This document shows positions 28,160 to 50,747 of a stretch of 64,000 nt of DNA, in pieces. Source of the stretch: the human T2T-CHM13v2.0 reference genome, Homo sapiens; NCBI RefSeq assembly GCF_009914755.1, contig NC_060928.1. One strand, given 5' to 3'. Each line of letters opens with the position of its first letter. The first letter of the stretch is position 1. The notes under the pieces were generated by a model, which ran no database searches, had not been told where the DNA came from, and saw only the letters and a program-made list of their open reading frames with translations. A program made the translations under genes and the position numbers.

Positions 28160-28620
28160 ATTATAATAAAACGTACTGAGAGGTACACAACAGCACCCTG
28201 GAATATTGCTGCCAAAAATGGACCTAATCATAAGGAAACATCAGATAAATTCAAATTGAGGAATTGTTCCAGAATAAACAAGACTAAAGCAACATGACAA
28301 CTAAATGCAATACTTGAATCTGCATTGGATCCTGAAACAGTTTTATCTATCTATCCATCCATTTATCCACCCATAACGGTAAAGGATATTATTGGGATAA
28401 TTGTCATAATTTGAATAAAATCTATAGATTAGGTATTAGCATTACATCACCATTAATTTCCTAGTTTTGATAGTTGTATTCTGCTTTTATAAGAGAATTT
28501 TCTTGTTCTTAGGAAATACTGGATAATCTGGGCAAAAAAATTCTGGAATTCTTTAGACTCTTCTTTCAACTTTTCCATATAAGTTTTAAGTTTATTTCAA
28601 AGTATGAATGCTATAAAATT
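28160..28620 (+). mobile_element. Old L1M(C) 3' fragment
   Basis: gacctaatcataaggaaacatcagataaattcaaattgagg...acatgacaactaaatgcaa...ggatcctgaaac. Confidence 0.6.
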
Positions 28621-31600
28621 AGGAATTCAAACAAAAATAATCAAATTGAGAGGTGTGTACATTTAACAAAACAGTTATATTAAATCAGGTTAAATTTTAA
28701 GCATGCTGAAAATTTGCTGAGACCTGGGAGTGTTTGTTTCTGCCAGTGTTAGTTTCAAAGTGCATAGTGGCATATTGAATTTTGTGTAATTTCCAGTAAC
28801 ATAGTGCAAGGATGAGTAGCCACACACATTTAGTGTTGCAATAATATAAAAAGCCTCAGGAGCACTCCAGCCAGCACAACAAGTCCCCAGGGACAGCTAA
28901 GCACTCCAGTGTCTAGGGACTGTGGGAAACTGGAAAGAAACAATCCAGTGTAAATATGACTTCTAAGCTGGCTGTTGCTCTACTGCTTTCTTGGCAGTTG
29001 CATGCTTTCTGTAGCACTGTGTGAAGGTAGGCTCATCTTTCTAATCAATAGAGTTTTCTTTTGTCTAAATATGATTCTCCGAAAGCAAGGCTATCCAAAA
29101 TGCTTTGAGATTTGCTTATTAAAACAAAAAAAAATCCCCATTTGCATTCATTTGATGTTGTCATGAGTACAAAATAACTTTTGTGGGCCTTAGACATTTT
29201 TACCTTTGTGGGACTCTTCAGCCATCATAATATCAATACTTAAAATTTTTTTATGTAACTTAGAATGCTTCAACATTTTTTCTGTTTTAGGTAAAATTTA
29301 GGGGATTTTTATGGGCCCTAAAAATTTCTTTATTTCTGTTGTGAGAAAAAAATAACACTTTCTTAGATTCTAAAACTTCATGTTTTTCTTCCGACTTTAA
29401 AGGCAATTAAAACAATTTCATGGGCTTCTAAAATTATTGTGGGCCCTAGGCACTATGCCTACTGGCCCTAATGCATAAGTTACCCCTAATTTGCATTAAA
29501 TTTGGAATTATTTAGGTTCTATCTCTATACCTCTCAGAAAAGTGTAATATTTGCATTGATGTAGACATTTAGTTGCTAAAATTCACAACTTGTCCTATAA
29601 CACATATATCACTATATATACTTATATTCATTTATAATTTATATTATATTCCATTGGGGGGCACAGTTGGTTAATATTGCCTGTTAAAATTGAACTAGGT
29701 AACCACGTATTTTTACTCAGTGTTCTGCTGACAAAGGCTTAGACAGTAATCATTTTCTGCCTGCTTTGAAGAGTTTTGATGGGCCCTAGACCATCTTAAG
29801 ATCCTGCTATATAACAAATAGTGTGTTTTTAGCATGCGTTTTCTGTATTTGCTTTTTCGTTTTATCAGCATTAAAAGTTTTTTTTTAAAAAAAATACAAG
29901 TCATCTCTGTAAAATAGTCATGTTTCTGTTTATTCTTTCTGAAGGTGATATATCTGTTGATAAGATCATTGTTTATCTCCTATAAATAACATTATAGCAT
30001 CATGAAGAATACTGCAAAATCAAATAGAAGAATGGCCATATGGATATAAAATATTAATTTTAATAAATTTATAGTTTTATGTATTTATATATTTATATAT
30101 TAGTTTTTATATTGACATTCAAAATAGTCAGTGAGAATCATTTTGAAAGAAAGGAAATTAATTTCAAGGGTTGGTCTAAAACTAGTCTTTCTATTTGTAG
30201 CAACCTGTTTCGTTAAGACATTTCTCATGGTCCTAAAAATCATCATATTCAAATTTAAAGGGTATCTAGCAGAGTTGTGCCCTTTGATGAAAGCAGTCCT
30301 TACTTCCTTGCTATGTTCACTGCTTCCATTGTGCCAAGTATTAGTACAGTACCACAATGCCAGTGCATGAGGACACATTTTATACCTTTGCATCCCAAAT
30401 TTATTAAAGAACTCAGAATTATTCAGAGTGGATTATATTATAAAAATTAAGAAATCATGTAAGTACTTTCAAAAGTTCTTAGTTATTTTGCTTCTGTACA
30501 TGTAGACTGTTTAGGTGCTGAGAGTACAATGGTAAACAGAACAGCAAAAAAAAAAAATTCTGTCTTTACAAATAACTTGGTACTGACATCTGGTTAGTTT
30601 TAGCTATTGTGTCTCCCTTGCTTCTGAATTCCAGAGCAATACTTTCATTTTTTGATATAAGCAAATTCTAAAACACATTGTGGGGAGGTAGATAATCTGA
30701 CATTTTGCAGAGTTAAAGTAATTAGAGAAGCACAAGAAAGTTTCGAAAATGATAATTAAATTTGAAATAGGAATTAGCATGAGTGAAGCAACTCCAGGTA
30801 CATGGTGATTAACCCAAGTAATATGACTCCAGGTATCCTGGGAATTCCTTTCACTGTGAAAGCTGCAATCAGTGGCCTTTGGAAAAGTAAGTGGGGTTCC
30901 TGCAGCTCCCAGAAAATTGTGAAAAAATCCTGTTGGGATCATTTCCATTTACCACTGAGCCAAATGACCATGATTTCCAACTGCAAAGGGATATCTAAAA
31001 CCAGATAAGTAATTTACCTAAGTAGTCTTTTTCACTCTTTAGTGTGAAGCTTATTCATGAAGAGACCTCTGCCTGAACATACAGCAAATTTAAGAAGGTT
31101 GTGCAGATAGTCTGAAGGAGGTGAGTTAGTTTTTCCCACTTTCTCAAATTTCTCAAATTTCATTTGTCATGAAACTAATAGGAAAGATTCACAAATGTCA
31201 GTTTAAGAGTTTTACCTAATGGAATCTCACTTTTATTTATTTTTTTGCTTCTATTTAAAAGCTTTTTTTTCAATGATAGAAAAAATGCTAGCGATAGTAA
31301 TTTGCTTTTTTAATAATGGAAAATGTAGAGCAATATAGCAAACCTCAAAGAGTATTGATTTCTCAAAACAAAAGCATAACAAAATTTGTTTATTCTCTTT
31401 TAATTTATGGTTTTAAAAATTTTACTTGTATTTAGAAATAAGGAAAAATGAATAAGAAAAAATTAAAGAGCATTCTTCCATGGTTTCCAAGAATTTCTTA
31501 TTAAATATGTTAACAAAACTCGAAGTGAATAAAAGTTAGAGCTATAGCCTATGCTATTGGATACCCACCCATATCATCTGATCTGCACCACTTCAATGCT

Positions 31601-31728
31601 CACTGTTTTGTCTTCCAAGGGCTTTCTCTGGTTACCAGCGTCCACTATACTAGCAAGGCCCAGGTTGGAAATATTGGAAAATTAATGGCCTTGGGCGCAG
31701 TCTTTAACTAATGACCCACTAAAGCAGT

Positions 31729-32010
31729 GTACTGTAAGTCCTCACTTAACCTCATCAATAAATTCTTGGAAACTGTGACTTTAAATGAAATGAATAGCAA
31801 AACAGATTTTATTATAACTTATTTGATAGAAATAATAGTTAAGTTTCTAAGGCATATTTCTAGTCACAAAACATCATCAAACTGCCAAATAAAGATCAAA
31901 ATAATTCTAATATTAAACACTGAAATATATGTGAACTATATATACATTTCGGAAAGATTAATAAAAAGAAGATAATTACTCAATTTTTGGTGAATCTGTG
32001 AGTGACAAAG
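31729..32010 (+). mobile_element. MER47/Tigger5-like DNA transposon fragment
   Basis: ctgtaagtcctcacttaacctcatcaataaattcttggaaactgtgacttta. Confidence 0.6.
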
Positions 32011-32445
32011 GTCATAGTAGTGGTGGGTGATGTGGGGAGGGATGTTTACTCCTTATCCTAGTGAGGAGTAAACATGAGTCTTCCAATATCCACACCTTGC
32101 TGTCCATCATCAAATCTCTTAAAATATCTAGTTTTGTTTCTAATGTCACACTTTTTCTCTGGTGTGTGTGTGTGTGGCCATAGACGTAAGAAGAGGTGGA
32201 TAGTGCAACTTTAAAGTTTATTACAACAAAGTTAAGTCAGGGAATGAATATGTAAGAAGCACCCCCTACCAGTATATAATTCAAAAACAAACATAAAAAA
32301 TATGGTGCCCTCCCTGAGCTCATACGATATCTTTTATTGTCATGTACTTGTATGATTATTGTATACTTTATATTTTTTTATTTTTTCATTAATACATAAT
32401 AGATGTACATATTTTGGGGATACTTGTGATAATCTGATACATTCA

Positions 32446-32808
32446 TGATATGGTTTGGCTGTTTCCCCATCCAAATCTCATCTTGAATTTCAGTTCCCAT
32501 AATCCCCATGTGTCGAGGAAGGGACCCGGTGGGAGGTAATTGAATCATGGGGGCGATTTCCCCCATGTCGTTCTCCTGATAGTGAATGAGTTATCATGAG
32601 GTCTGATGGTTTTACAAGAGGCTTCCCCTTTGACTTGGCACTCATTCTCTGTCCTGCCGCTCCGTGAAGAGGTGCATTCTGCCATGATTGTAAGTTTCCT
32701 GAGGCCTCCCCGGCCCTGCCGAACTGTGAGTCAATTATGCCTCTTTTCTTTATAAATTGCCCAGTTTGGGGGCAGTTTTTTATAGCAGTGTGAGACTGAA
32801 TTAATACA
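32446..32808 (+). mobile_element. THE1 (THE1C-like) MaLR LTR
   Basis: tgatatggtttggctgtttccccatccaaatctcatcttgaatt...gaactgtgagtcaatt...taataca. Confidence 0.9.
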
Positions 32809-34802
32809 ATCAAATCAGGGTAATTGGGATGTACATCACCTTAAATACTTTTCTTTGTGCCAGGAACATTTGAATTATTCTCTTCTAGCTATTTTGAAAT
32901 GTACAATAGATTGACTTACCCTACTGAACTATGGAACACAATGTCTTATTTCTTTCAATTAACTGTATAGTTGTCCTCACTATTCAATCTCTGTTCTTCC
33001 TCCTCACTTCCAACAATTCTTGGCCTTGGTAACCATCAATCTACTCTCTATCTTCATGATATCTACTTTTGTGTCTCCCACATATGAGTGAGAATAGGCC
33101 ATATTTGTCTCTCTGTGCTTGGCTTATTTCACTTAACATAATGACCTCCAGTTCCATCTATGTTGCTGCAAATGACAGGATTGCATTAGTTGTTGTGGCT
33201 GAAAAATATTCAATTATGTATATATACCACAGTTTCTTTATACACTCATCCATTGATGGACACTTAGGTTGATTACATATTTTGTCTATTGTGAATAGTG
33301 CTGCAATAAATATGGGATTGCAGATACCTCTTTGATATACCGATTTTCTTTCTTTTGGATATATACCCAGTAGTTAATTGCTGGGTCATGTGTAGTTCTA
33401 TTTTCAGTTTTTGGAGGAACCTCCATACCGTTTTTCATAGTGGTCATTTTAATTTACTTTCCCACCAACATGTATGAGGGTTTCCCTTTCTCTCCATCCT
33501 CGCCAGCATCTGTTATTACCTGTCATTTTGATAAAGGCCATTGTAAGTGGGGTTAGATGATATCTCATTGTGGTTTGGATTTGCATTTTTCTGGTGACTA
33601 GTGATGTTGAGTATTTTTTTCATATAACTGTTGGCCATTTGTATGCCTTCATTTGAGAAATGTCTGTTCAGATCTGTTGTCCGTTTTAAAATCAGATTAT
33701 TTTGTTTTGCGCTATTGAATTGTTGGAGCTCCTTATATATTCTTGTTACTAATACTTGTGAAATGGATAGTTTATAAAAATTTTCTCCCATTCTGTCTCT
33801 TTACTTTGGTGATTGTTTTTCTTGCTGTGCAGAAGCTTTTTAGCTTTATGTAATCTCAATTGTCAATTTTTGTTCTTATTGCCTGTGCTTTGCCCAGCCC
33901 AATGTCCTAGAATGTTTCCCCAATGTTTTCTTCTAGTAGCTTCATAGTTTCAGGTCTTAGATTTAAGTCTTTAATTCATTTTGATTACATTTTTGTATAG
34001 CCTGAGACATAGGGGTCTAATTTCACTCTATGCATATGGTTATCCAGTTTTCCCAGCACCATTTATGAAAGAGACTGCCCTTCCCCCATTGTCTATTCTT
34101 GGTGTCTTTGTAAAAAATGACTTGGCTATAAATGTGTTTATTGATATCTGGGTTCTCTATTCTATTCCATTAGTGTACATGTCTGTTTTTCTACCAACCA
34201 TGCTAATTTGGTTACCATACCTTTGTAGTATGTTTTAAAGTTGGATAGTGTGATGCTTCCAGCTTTGTGTTTTTTACTCAGGATTGCTTTGGCTATTCAG
34301 GGAATTTTTTAGTGTGTGGTTCTATGTAAATTTGAGAATTTTTTTCTATTTATGGGAAGAAAGTCAGAATTTTGACAGGGATTGCATTGAATCTCTAAAT
34401 TGCTTGTCATTCTTGAAGGCAGCATGTACTTGGGTCTTGTTTCTTTATCCATTCAGCACCTCTATAACTTTCAATTGGAGAATTGAGACCATTTGTATTC
34501 AGTGCTATCATTGACAAGTAAGGACTTACTACTGACAATTTGTTTCTTGTTTTCTGGTTGTTCTGAGACTCTTCTCTTCCTTTATTACCATCTTCCTTAG
34601 TGGTTAAGTGATTTTCTCTGACAGTAAGCTTTTAATTCATTGTTTTTTTATTTTTACTGTAATATTATAGGTTTTTGCATTGTGGTTACCTTGAGGCTTA
34701 CAATAAACATCTTTTAAATATAACAAGTTATTTTAAGGAGATGACAACTTAGATCACAAATGAAATAGAAATAAAAGAGAAAACTAAAAAACAAAACTGT
34801 TC

Positions 34803-38353
<3,551 letters not shown>

Positions 38354-39386
38354 ATGCTCTACACTTTAACTCCACACCTCCCACAAACACTTTGAATTTT
38401 TATTATATCAGTTCGCATATTTTAAAAATATCTATTTTGAACAGGTTGTTGTCGCTATTATTGTTTTTGATAGATTTGTCTTTATAAGCTTCTTACTAGA
38501 GTTATGATTGGATTGCACACCACAATTAAATTATTAGCATATTCTGGGGTTGTGTTCATACTTAATTTTACCAGTGGGTTTTATACCTTGAAATATTTTC
38601 TTTTAGTTAGTACACTAATATGTTAGCATTTTTTAATTTCAGGTTGAAGAATTCCCTTTAGCATTTCTTGCAAGACGGGTCTAGTAGTGGTGAATTCTCT
38701 TAGCTTTTGTCTGTGAAAGACAATTTCTCTTTGTTAATGCTGCCCTATTTCCTTCTGGCCTACATGGTTTCCATTGTGAAGTCTGTTGCCAGATGAACTG
38801 GAGTTGCTTTGTTATTTTACTCTTTTGCTGCTTTCTGGATCTTCTCTTTGTCTTTGATATTTGAAAGTTCAATTATTATATGCCTTGGTTAGTGTTACTT
38901 GGGTTGAATCTGTTTGGTGTTCCCTGACCTTTCTATATCTAGATATTTCTGTCTTTCATGAGTTTTGGAAAGTGCTCTGTTATTATTTCTTAGGATAAGC
39001 TTTTCTCCCCTTGCTCTTGCTCAGCTCCCCCTTAAACACCAATAATTTTTAGATTTGGTCTTTTGAGGTAATTTTCTATATTTTAAAGGTGGCCTTCATT
39101 TCTTTTTATTGTTTTTTTCTTTTCTTTCTTTGGACTGTATTTTCTTAATAGCCAGTCTTTGAGCTCACTGATTCTTTTCTCTAACCCATTCTGTTATTGA
39201 GATCCTCTAAAGAGTGTTTCAATTCAGCAAATGTGGTTCTCCGTTCCAAGATTTCTGTTTCATTTTTAAATTATTATTTCAATTTTCTTGTTAAATTTCT
39301 CTGATAAGTATCTGAATTGTTTTTCTATGTTATCTTGTAGGTCACTGAGTTTCCTTAAAATTGCTATTTTGAATTCTTAGTTATAA

Positions 39387-43740
<4,354 letters not shown>

Positions 43741-43898
43741 AAAGTTGACATATCTCTGTCTTGTTAGGGTTAGACAATGGTTCCTTGCTTTGTCTGTTTG
43801 GGCTGGTCATGGCTCCTCCTTTGCTATTATTTCTTTTCGATGTACATCTATGTCTTTGCATTGAAGTATCAAATATTCCAGTCTTCTCTGTCTGGCTT

Positions 43899-44679
43899 TG
43901 TTACAGGCGGGTCTTTGTTGTTAGAGCTCCCAAGATGTGGCAGGCAGCTCCCAAGATGGGGGCGGGCTGCTCCCAATACGGCAGCAAACCTTTTGTCCTC
44001 TGACCTGGGGTTCTTGGCCTCACGGATTCCAAGGAATGGAACCTTGGGCCATGCGGTGAGTGTTACAACTCTATTAGAAGTCATGGGTCATGGTAGAGAA
44101 CTGTGGAACCCAGCGACTAGTGTTAAGCTCAATTAGGACAAACCTGGGCACTTAACCATGCAGGAACAATGGCGAGCCTTTAGCCCGATCCAGAGCGGCA
44201 ATGGGAACCTCGCTGGATCAGGAGCGCAGCAGACACCCTGCTGGATCCGGAGGAGTGGAAGTCAATGGAGGGTCTGGGAGGGCAGCAAACAGCAGTGGTG
44301 GATGGTGAGCAAAAGCTCAGCTCGAGTGTAAGAAACATGGACCAGAAGAGTGTGCAGTAGCAAGATTTAATGGAGTGAAAACAGAGCTCCCATACAATGG
44401 GAGGGGACCCAAAGCGGGTTGCCGCTCCCTGCTCAAATGCCTGGGTTTATATCCCAATCATTGTCCCTCCCTCTGTGCTCTCAGGCGATATAGATTTGAC
44501 TATTTCTTTACCTCCTACTTTAGCCTAATTTGTATTTTAGTGAGCCGTCTTTACTACCTGATTGGTTGAGTGTGAGCTGAGTTATAAGCCCAGTGTTTAA
44601 AGGTAGGTGCAGTCACCTTCCCCAGCCAGGATTAGGAATTCTTAGTTGGCCTAGGAAATCCAGCTAGTCCTGTCTCTCA
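43899..44679 (-). mobile_element. LTR17 (HERV-W) solo LTR
   Basis: Minus strand starts tgagagacaggactagctggatttcctaggccaactaagaattcc and ends ...cctgtaaca; 781 bp; perfect 4-bp TSD gctt. Confidence 0.92.
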
Positions 44680-45489
44680 GCTTGTTTTGGTGTTTATTGG
44701 GTATGTTTGCATAGACAGTCTTTGTAATTTACCTGTAGAATTTCTTATTTGTTTTTCCACTAGGTCACTGTCTCTTATTTGGCAGTAGAATGTGTCTGAA
44801 GCCCAGGTTTGCCCTAGCTCTAGAAAAAGATTAGGAGGACCTGGGAAGGTCCCAAAGGTGATACCCTAGGGGATGGCTAGTGGGGATTCATAAGGAGGGA
44901 ACCTATGGATGGTACTTCTTACAGCATGGTGCTGATGAATAGCTACTCTGATTTGGCATCTCCTTTGGCCAAGTTGCACAGCAGAGTATCCAGGGCTAGG
45001 GATGGTAGTGCTGCCTTCTCCGTTTGTGTCTGGCTGTCCTCAGGGGTATTTCTCCCTTCAGACACTTGTGATGCTTCCTGTAGGTTGAAGCAGTAACTGA
45101 TCTCCTGCCAGAGAGCCCAAGATGGTGGAAAAGCTGGTAGTCCACCTCCATCTCACTCTTCCCATGAGTTGGGGGAAATGTTCCACAAACTTGGTTCCAG
45201 GCAGACTGGGAGGAAAGCAGTCTTGGAAATGGAAACTTGAGTCTCTTACTGTCTGCTCAAAGTTTTTTTCACTTCTTTGTGGACCTGGGAACTAACTCAT
45301 TCTCATATTTGAATTCTGGGATATTGTTGGTGATAAAGCACTGCTTCTGCTGCACTCCCCCAATTTTGACATGTTCTCTTTTAATTTTCCTTTGGGTCAA
45401 AAATAGTTTCTAATTTCTCTTTTCATGTCTTTTTCATTTCCTAGATTAGTAAATGTTTGTTGTCATTTTTAGGTACAAAATTAAACTGC

Positions 45490-46010
45490 CTTTCTCAGAA
45501 TTTTGGCTATACCACTTACTAGATTTGTAACTTGGGTCAAGCTCCTTAATGTCTTTGAAGTTCAGTTTTATCACAGGTAAAATAGTAATAAGGGACTCTA
45601 TCTTCCAGGGCAATTAAGGAGATTAAATGAAGTAATCAGCCAGATGTGGTGGCTCATGCCCATAATTCTAACACTTTAGGAGGCCCAGGTGGGTGGATGG
45701 ATTGAGCTCAGGAGTTTGAGACCAGCCTGGGCAACATCTACAAAAAATTAAAAAAAAAAATAGCTGACATGGTGGCACATGCCTGTAGTCCTAGCTACTC
45801 AGGAGGCAGAGGTGGGAAAGTCACCTGAGCTCAGGCAAGTCAAGACTGTAGTGAGTCATGATTACGCCACTACACTCCAGCCTGGGCAACAGAGTGAGAT
45901 CCTGTCTCAAAAGAGAAAAATATAAAAGATAAAAAAATGAAGTAATCTATGTAAAGCACATAGAAGAGTGTCTGGCATAAAGCAAACCTACAGAAACTGC
46001 TATTATTATT
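45490..46010 (+). mobile_element. MIR split by an AluJ-type element (Alu ~45638-45935)
   Basis: MIR core ttcagttttatcacaggtaaaatag; Alu flanked by 13-bp TSD aaatgaagtaatc. Confidence 0.85.
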
Positions 46011-46198
46011 GGTAATTTTATTAGTTTTAATTTTATGTAATTAATTAACTTAATCCACACAAATACTCCTGTTTTTTTAGTATTTAAATTATTTTAATTT
46101 TCTCAATTATATATTTTTCACTTTGTGCACACCTTTTTCATGTTGTGCATTATTCATTTAGGCTATACTACAAAAAAGGCAATATAATTCAAGGACAT

Positions 46199-46565
46199 TT
46201 TATTAGTCCATTCTCACACTGCTATAAGGACATACCAGAGACTGGGTAATTTATAAAGGAAAGAGGTTTAATTGACCCACAGTTCCACAGGGCCGGGAGG
46301 CCTCAGGAAACTTACAATCATGGCAGAAGGGGAAGCAAAAGTGTCCTTCTTCACATGGCAGCAGGAAGAAGAATGAGTGCCCAGTGAAGGGGGAAGCCCC
46401 TTATAAAACCATTAGCTCTCATGAAGCTAACTCACTATCATGAGAACAGGATGGGGTAAACTGCCCCCACGATTCAATTTTCTTTTCCTGGTTCCTCCCA
46501 CAAAACATGGGGATTATGGGAATTACAAAATGAGATTTGAGTGGGAACGCAGCCAAACCACATCA
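46199..46565 (-). mobile_element. THE1 MaLR LTR
   Basis: tattagtccattctcacactgctataagg...cagccaaaccacatca. Confidence 0.9.
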
Positions 46566-47854
46566 GGCATGAAGATATTTGTGGGTTTTTAAATTTATAT
46601 TGTTAGATTACCTTACCAAATATGACAGTACTCATATTCTCAAATTTTTATGCTAGTTTTTATAATATTTTATGAATGTACTTAGTGTAGCTTGTTTTTG
46701 CCCTAACTTCAAAGATGAAAACCAAACTTCATTATGTGACAAATTTTCTCATCTTATTAGGGTAGTTTACTGGTGCTCTAAGTAATAACTGAAATATGGC
46801 ATTTTCAAGAAGGCCAAAGTTGCTCAGCAAGAATCGAGATAATTGGCTTAAGCAGGGTTGATTACTACTGTAGAAAGGATTAGAGCTAAATAATTATCCA
46901 TAGGATAACATGAGATAACAGATGAAGTAGTAGTCCAAGCAAAATTCACTTTCAAAGGCTGAGGTACGAATGCTAGAGAAAGTCAGGCCTGCTGCCAAAT
47001 GTGAGTTCTCACATTCAGTGTGTCACTAGATTCTATTGCTCTTACCTCCTTAATGAGTTTAATCTGTCTCCTCCTTGCCATTCACAGTGACATAGCCTTA
47101 GTTCTGATGCTTCTTGTTTCTCGCTTTGATTACTAAAACAGTCTTCTAACCCTCCAAGGTCTTCCTTCCTTTAGTCCATTTACTCATTCATTCATTGAGA
47201 AACACTGACTTGACACAAAATTTCTGGCTCTACTCTCTTGTCACTCACTTGATCTCAAGTAAATTACCTAACCTTTTAGTGTTTTAGTTTCCTCATCCAT
47301 AAAATAGGATAATTTTTGAAATAATATTATTCTTGTAACTAAAGGGGACCAAGAAGTTTTAGGACAAGTTCAAGATTTCATGGAGCAGAAGGAAATAAGG
47401 CTGCCCCTAAAAAGAACTTGGAGGACAGTGGAAAAAAAGAACAAAGTTGTTTTATGGGATTATCCCATCCATTATAGCTTAATTAGGAAAGCAGTTACAC
47501 AGTTAAATAAATATGTAATGAAATGATGTGTGTTGGCTTTCATTATGAAAAAAAATCAACTTAGATGTGAAATGAAATATGTAAATGGGAGAGTCTCAGC
47601 TTGAGCCTAAGCTGGGCTCACATTAGAATTCAGGTATGTCTAAAATTCATGGAGTCTCTGCATAAAGAACCAACGATTCTCCTATGAAAAACTCACCGTA
47701 ATATCCCAAAAGGCTGAACTGGGTGAGGAAGTGAGGTCATTGGCTAAGAATGTTTGATTGGAGAGCATAGCTGCACTACAAAATTTCCTTGAAGTCTTAT
47801 GTTTTACCTTTTAAAATATCCCAAATTTTACACATTTTAAAAAATGCTAGTTAA

Positions 47855-48213
47855 TGTTATGAGCTGAATATTTGTGTTCCCCCAAAATTCATACATTGAA
47901 ATCTAATCCTTATTGTAACAGTATTTTGAAGTGGGGCCTTTGGGAGGTAATTAGGCTATGAGAGTGGAGCTCTCATAAATGCGATTAGTTTTCCTCTAAG
48001 AACAGACCAGTGGGCTAGCTTGCCCTCTTTCCACTATGTGAGAATACAACAAGAAGTCAGAAGTCTGTAACCTAGAAGAGGACTCTCACCAAAGCCTAAC
48101 TACGCTGGCAACCTGACTTCAGATTTTCAGCCTTTATAACTGTGAGAAATAAATGCTTGTTATTTAAGCCACCCAGTCTGTCATAATTTGTTTTAGCAGC
48201 ACAAACTAAGACA
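47855..48213 (+). mobile_element. MLT1A-like MaLR LTR
   Basis: tgttatgagctgaatatttgtgttcccccaaaattcatac...aaactaagaca. Confidence 0.85.
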
Positions 48214-49760
48214 TTTAATATGTTAAAATATTTACTATGAAATAATTGACATGTATTATGGGAAACTGATGTATCAAGATAACAACATACTTATTCCATG
48301 GCTCCAAGTACCTCCTTTCACATTTCTGCAACCCCTATGTGCACTCCAGTTTTAGAAGCAATGACATGGTCCTGCAGAATGGGAGAGCCAAGAGGCTTCT
48401 TCAAGGTATTATTCAAGGATAATGGGTCAGTCTTGGACAAAAAAATCCCCTGAATCTTAGTAAAGATTCTTAGTAGATTCTTGGTACACTCTGCCACTCG
48501 AGTAATCTTTCTGTTCCAACCAATGACATAGGTCTTGAAAATTTAAAAAGTATCAATACCTGAAAAAGGTGTTGTCTGAAATCACCAATGATCATGGAGG
48601 ATGGATGCATGTGTTACTGATTCTAACAGCTTTTGTATGGTTTCAGGGGTTAAGGTGGTGATAGGAGATGATGTCTTTGGTGTAGATGTCCACACTGTCT
48701 ATATATTACCAGCATTAAGGACCTCTTCAAATACAAAACAAAAACAAACAAACAAAAAAAACAAGCATCAACAGGGGGTATCACAGTAAGTTGGGAAAGA
48801 ATGTAGGAAAAATTATAGGAGCTTAATGGTGACCAAGAGGAGCTGGAAAGCTACGTGCACTGATTCCTCACAGCCTTCAGAACGATCTGGCTAGAATTTG
48901 AGTGTAGAATGGAGTTTTCATATGGCTGGTGACAGTGAAGGCAAAGAAATATACTCTTTGAGAAAAATATTTGTGACCTTATTCTTTTTGTCTAGGCTGG
49001 TGCAGCATGGAAACACGGATTTGAGCTCATTACTCCAATTTTCACGCTGAGTTTGGAAGGGTCCTAGAGGGTATGTGGAACTGTCTCAGGGGCCATGGAT
49101 GGAAGGGGCAGAAGACTAAACAAGCACGGTTCCCTGGAACCCATGTCAGCCAAAGCAGCTCCATTTTCTATTTTCCTACTTTCCTTTTATACATTTGAAG
49201 TAAGATTTTTCATGTCAAATTTGGTTTGAAAAATGAATTTTGCTGCTTAGAAAAGAAAATCATTTAAAAGTTATCATACTAGAACATTGGTAAGAAAATG
49301 GATAGAGAAGAAATTTTTTGGGTTGTGGAAAATAAGATAAGCAAGAGGAGAGTCAAAAATTTTGAGCCCTAGAAGAATATCTTAATATTGTTTTGTGCTC
49401 AATAATATATAACTTATGAGAAGAAAGAGAAAAGCATTATGTTCAGATAGGATAAGGAGAAACATTCATATGAATATATTTTTAAACTTCTAGTATGTAA
49501 TTTCAGCACCAAGTTAGAAGCTGTGCCTAGAATTTTGTTTTTGAGTATGAAATGAAATGAGAAGGTAGCAATTGGAAAAGACTAAATCTAAGAATCATTC
49601 CTGGAGAGGTATGGCAGAATAAGCTGGCCATATGCCATGAGTACATGGATTTGTGTATACTGCTCTGTATCCTGCCATTATGCTAAACTATCAATAAATC
49701 TGCTGTCCTTATCTGTATTCCTCAGTACATAAGATTTTTTATTCTCTCTGGTTGCTTTTA

Positions 49761-50090
<330 letters not shown>

Positions 50091-50747
50091 AAATAATTGT
50101 TCACTCTATTAGTGGTGCTGGGTAATTTGATTATGATATGCTTTGGTATAGTTCTCTTTATGTTTCTTGTGCTTGGCATTCATTGAGATTCTTAGATCTG
50201 TAGGTTTGTACTTTTCATCAAATCTGGAAAATACTTTACTATTTTTTCTTCCAAAAATTTTTTGGTTTCCACCTCCCCACTTTTAATAACTTTAGTTACA
50301 TGATATTTGGTGTCTTGGAGATGTCCCATGGCTCACTGTTGGCTTTGTTTTTTCTCTGTACATTTCATTTTTTATAATTTCTATGTCTACAAGTTCATTA
50401 ATCTTTATTTCTGTCATGTGAATCTGCAAGCACAGTAGCAGATCAATACCTATATAGAGACTTCCTATAAGAAAGAAGTAGAATTGTAGATAAGAAGAAA
50501 TGAATGAATTAATAGTAAGTGCTGTAAGTGGTATAATTTTGATTATCCATAGCTAACAGCAAAGATATCTGATCCTCACCTCACACTGTGCATTGGAATC
50601 ATTAATTAGAGATTTAAATAAGAAAGTCAAAACTTTAAAAGCTCTAGACTAAATTAATAAGAATATATCGATATAATCTTGAAATAGAGAAAGATTGCTT
50701 CAACATTGCAGTAGGTTCCAACCATAAAAGACTGATAAACTAGACTA

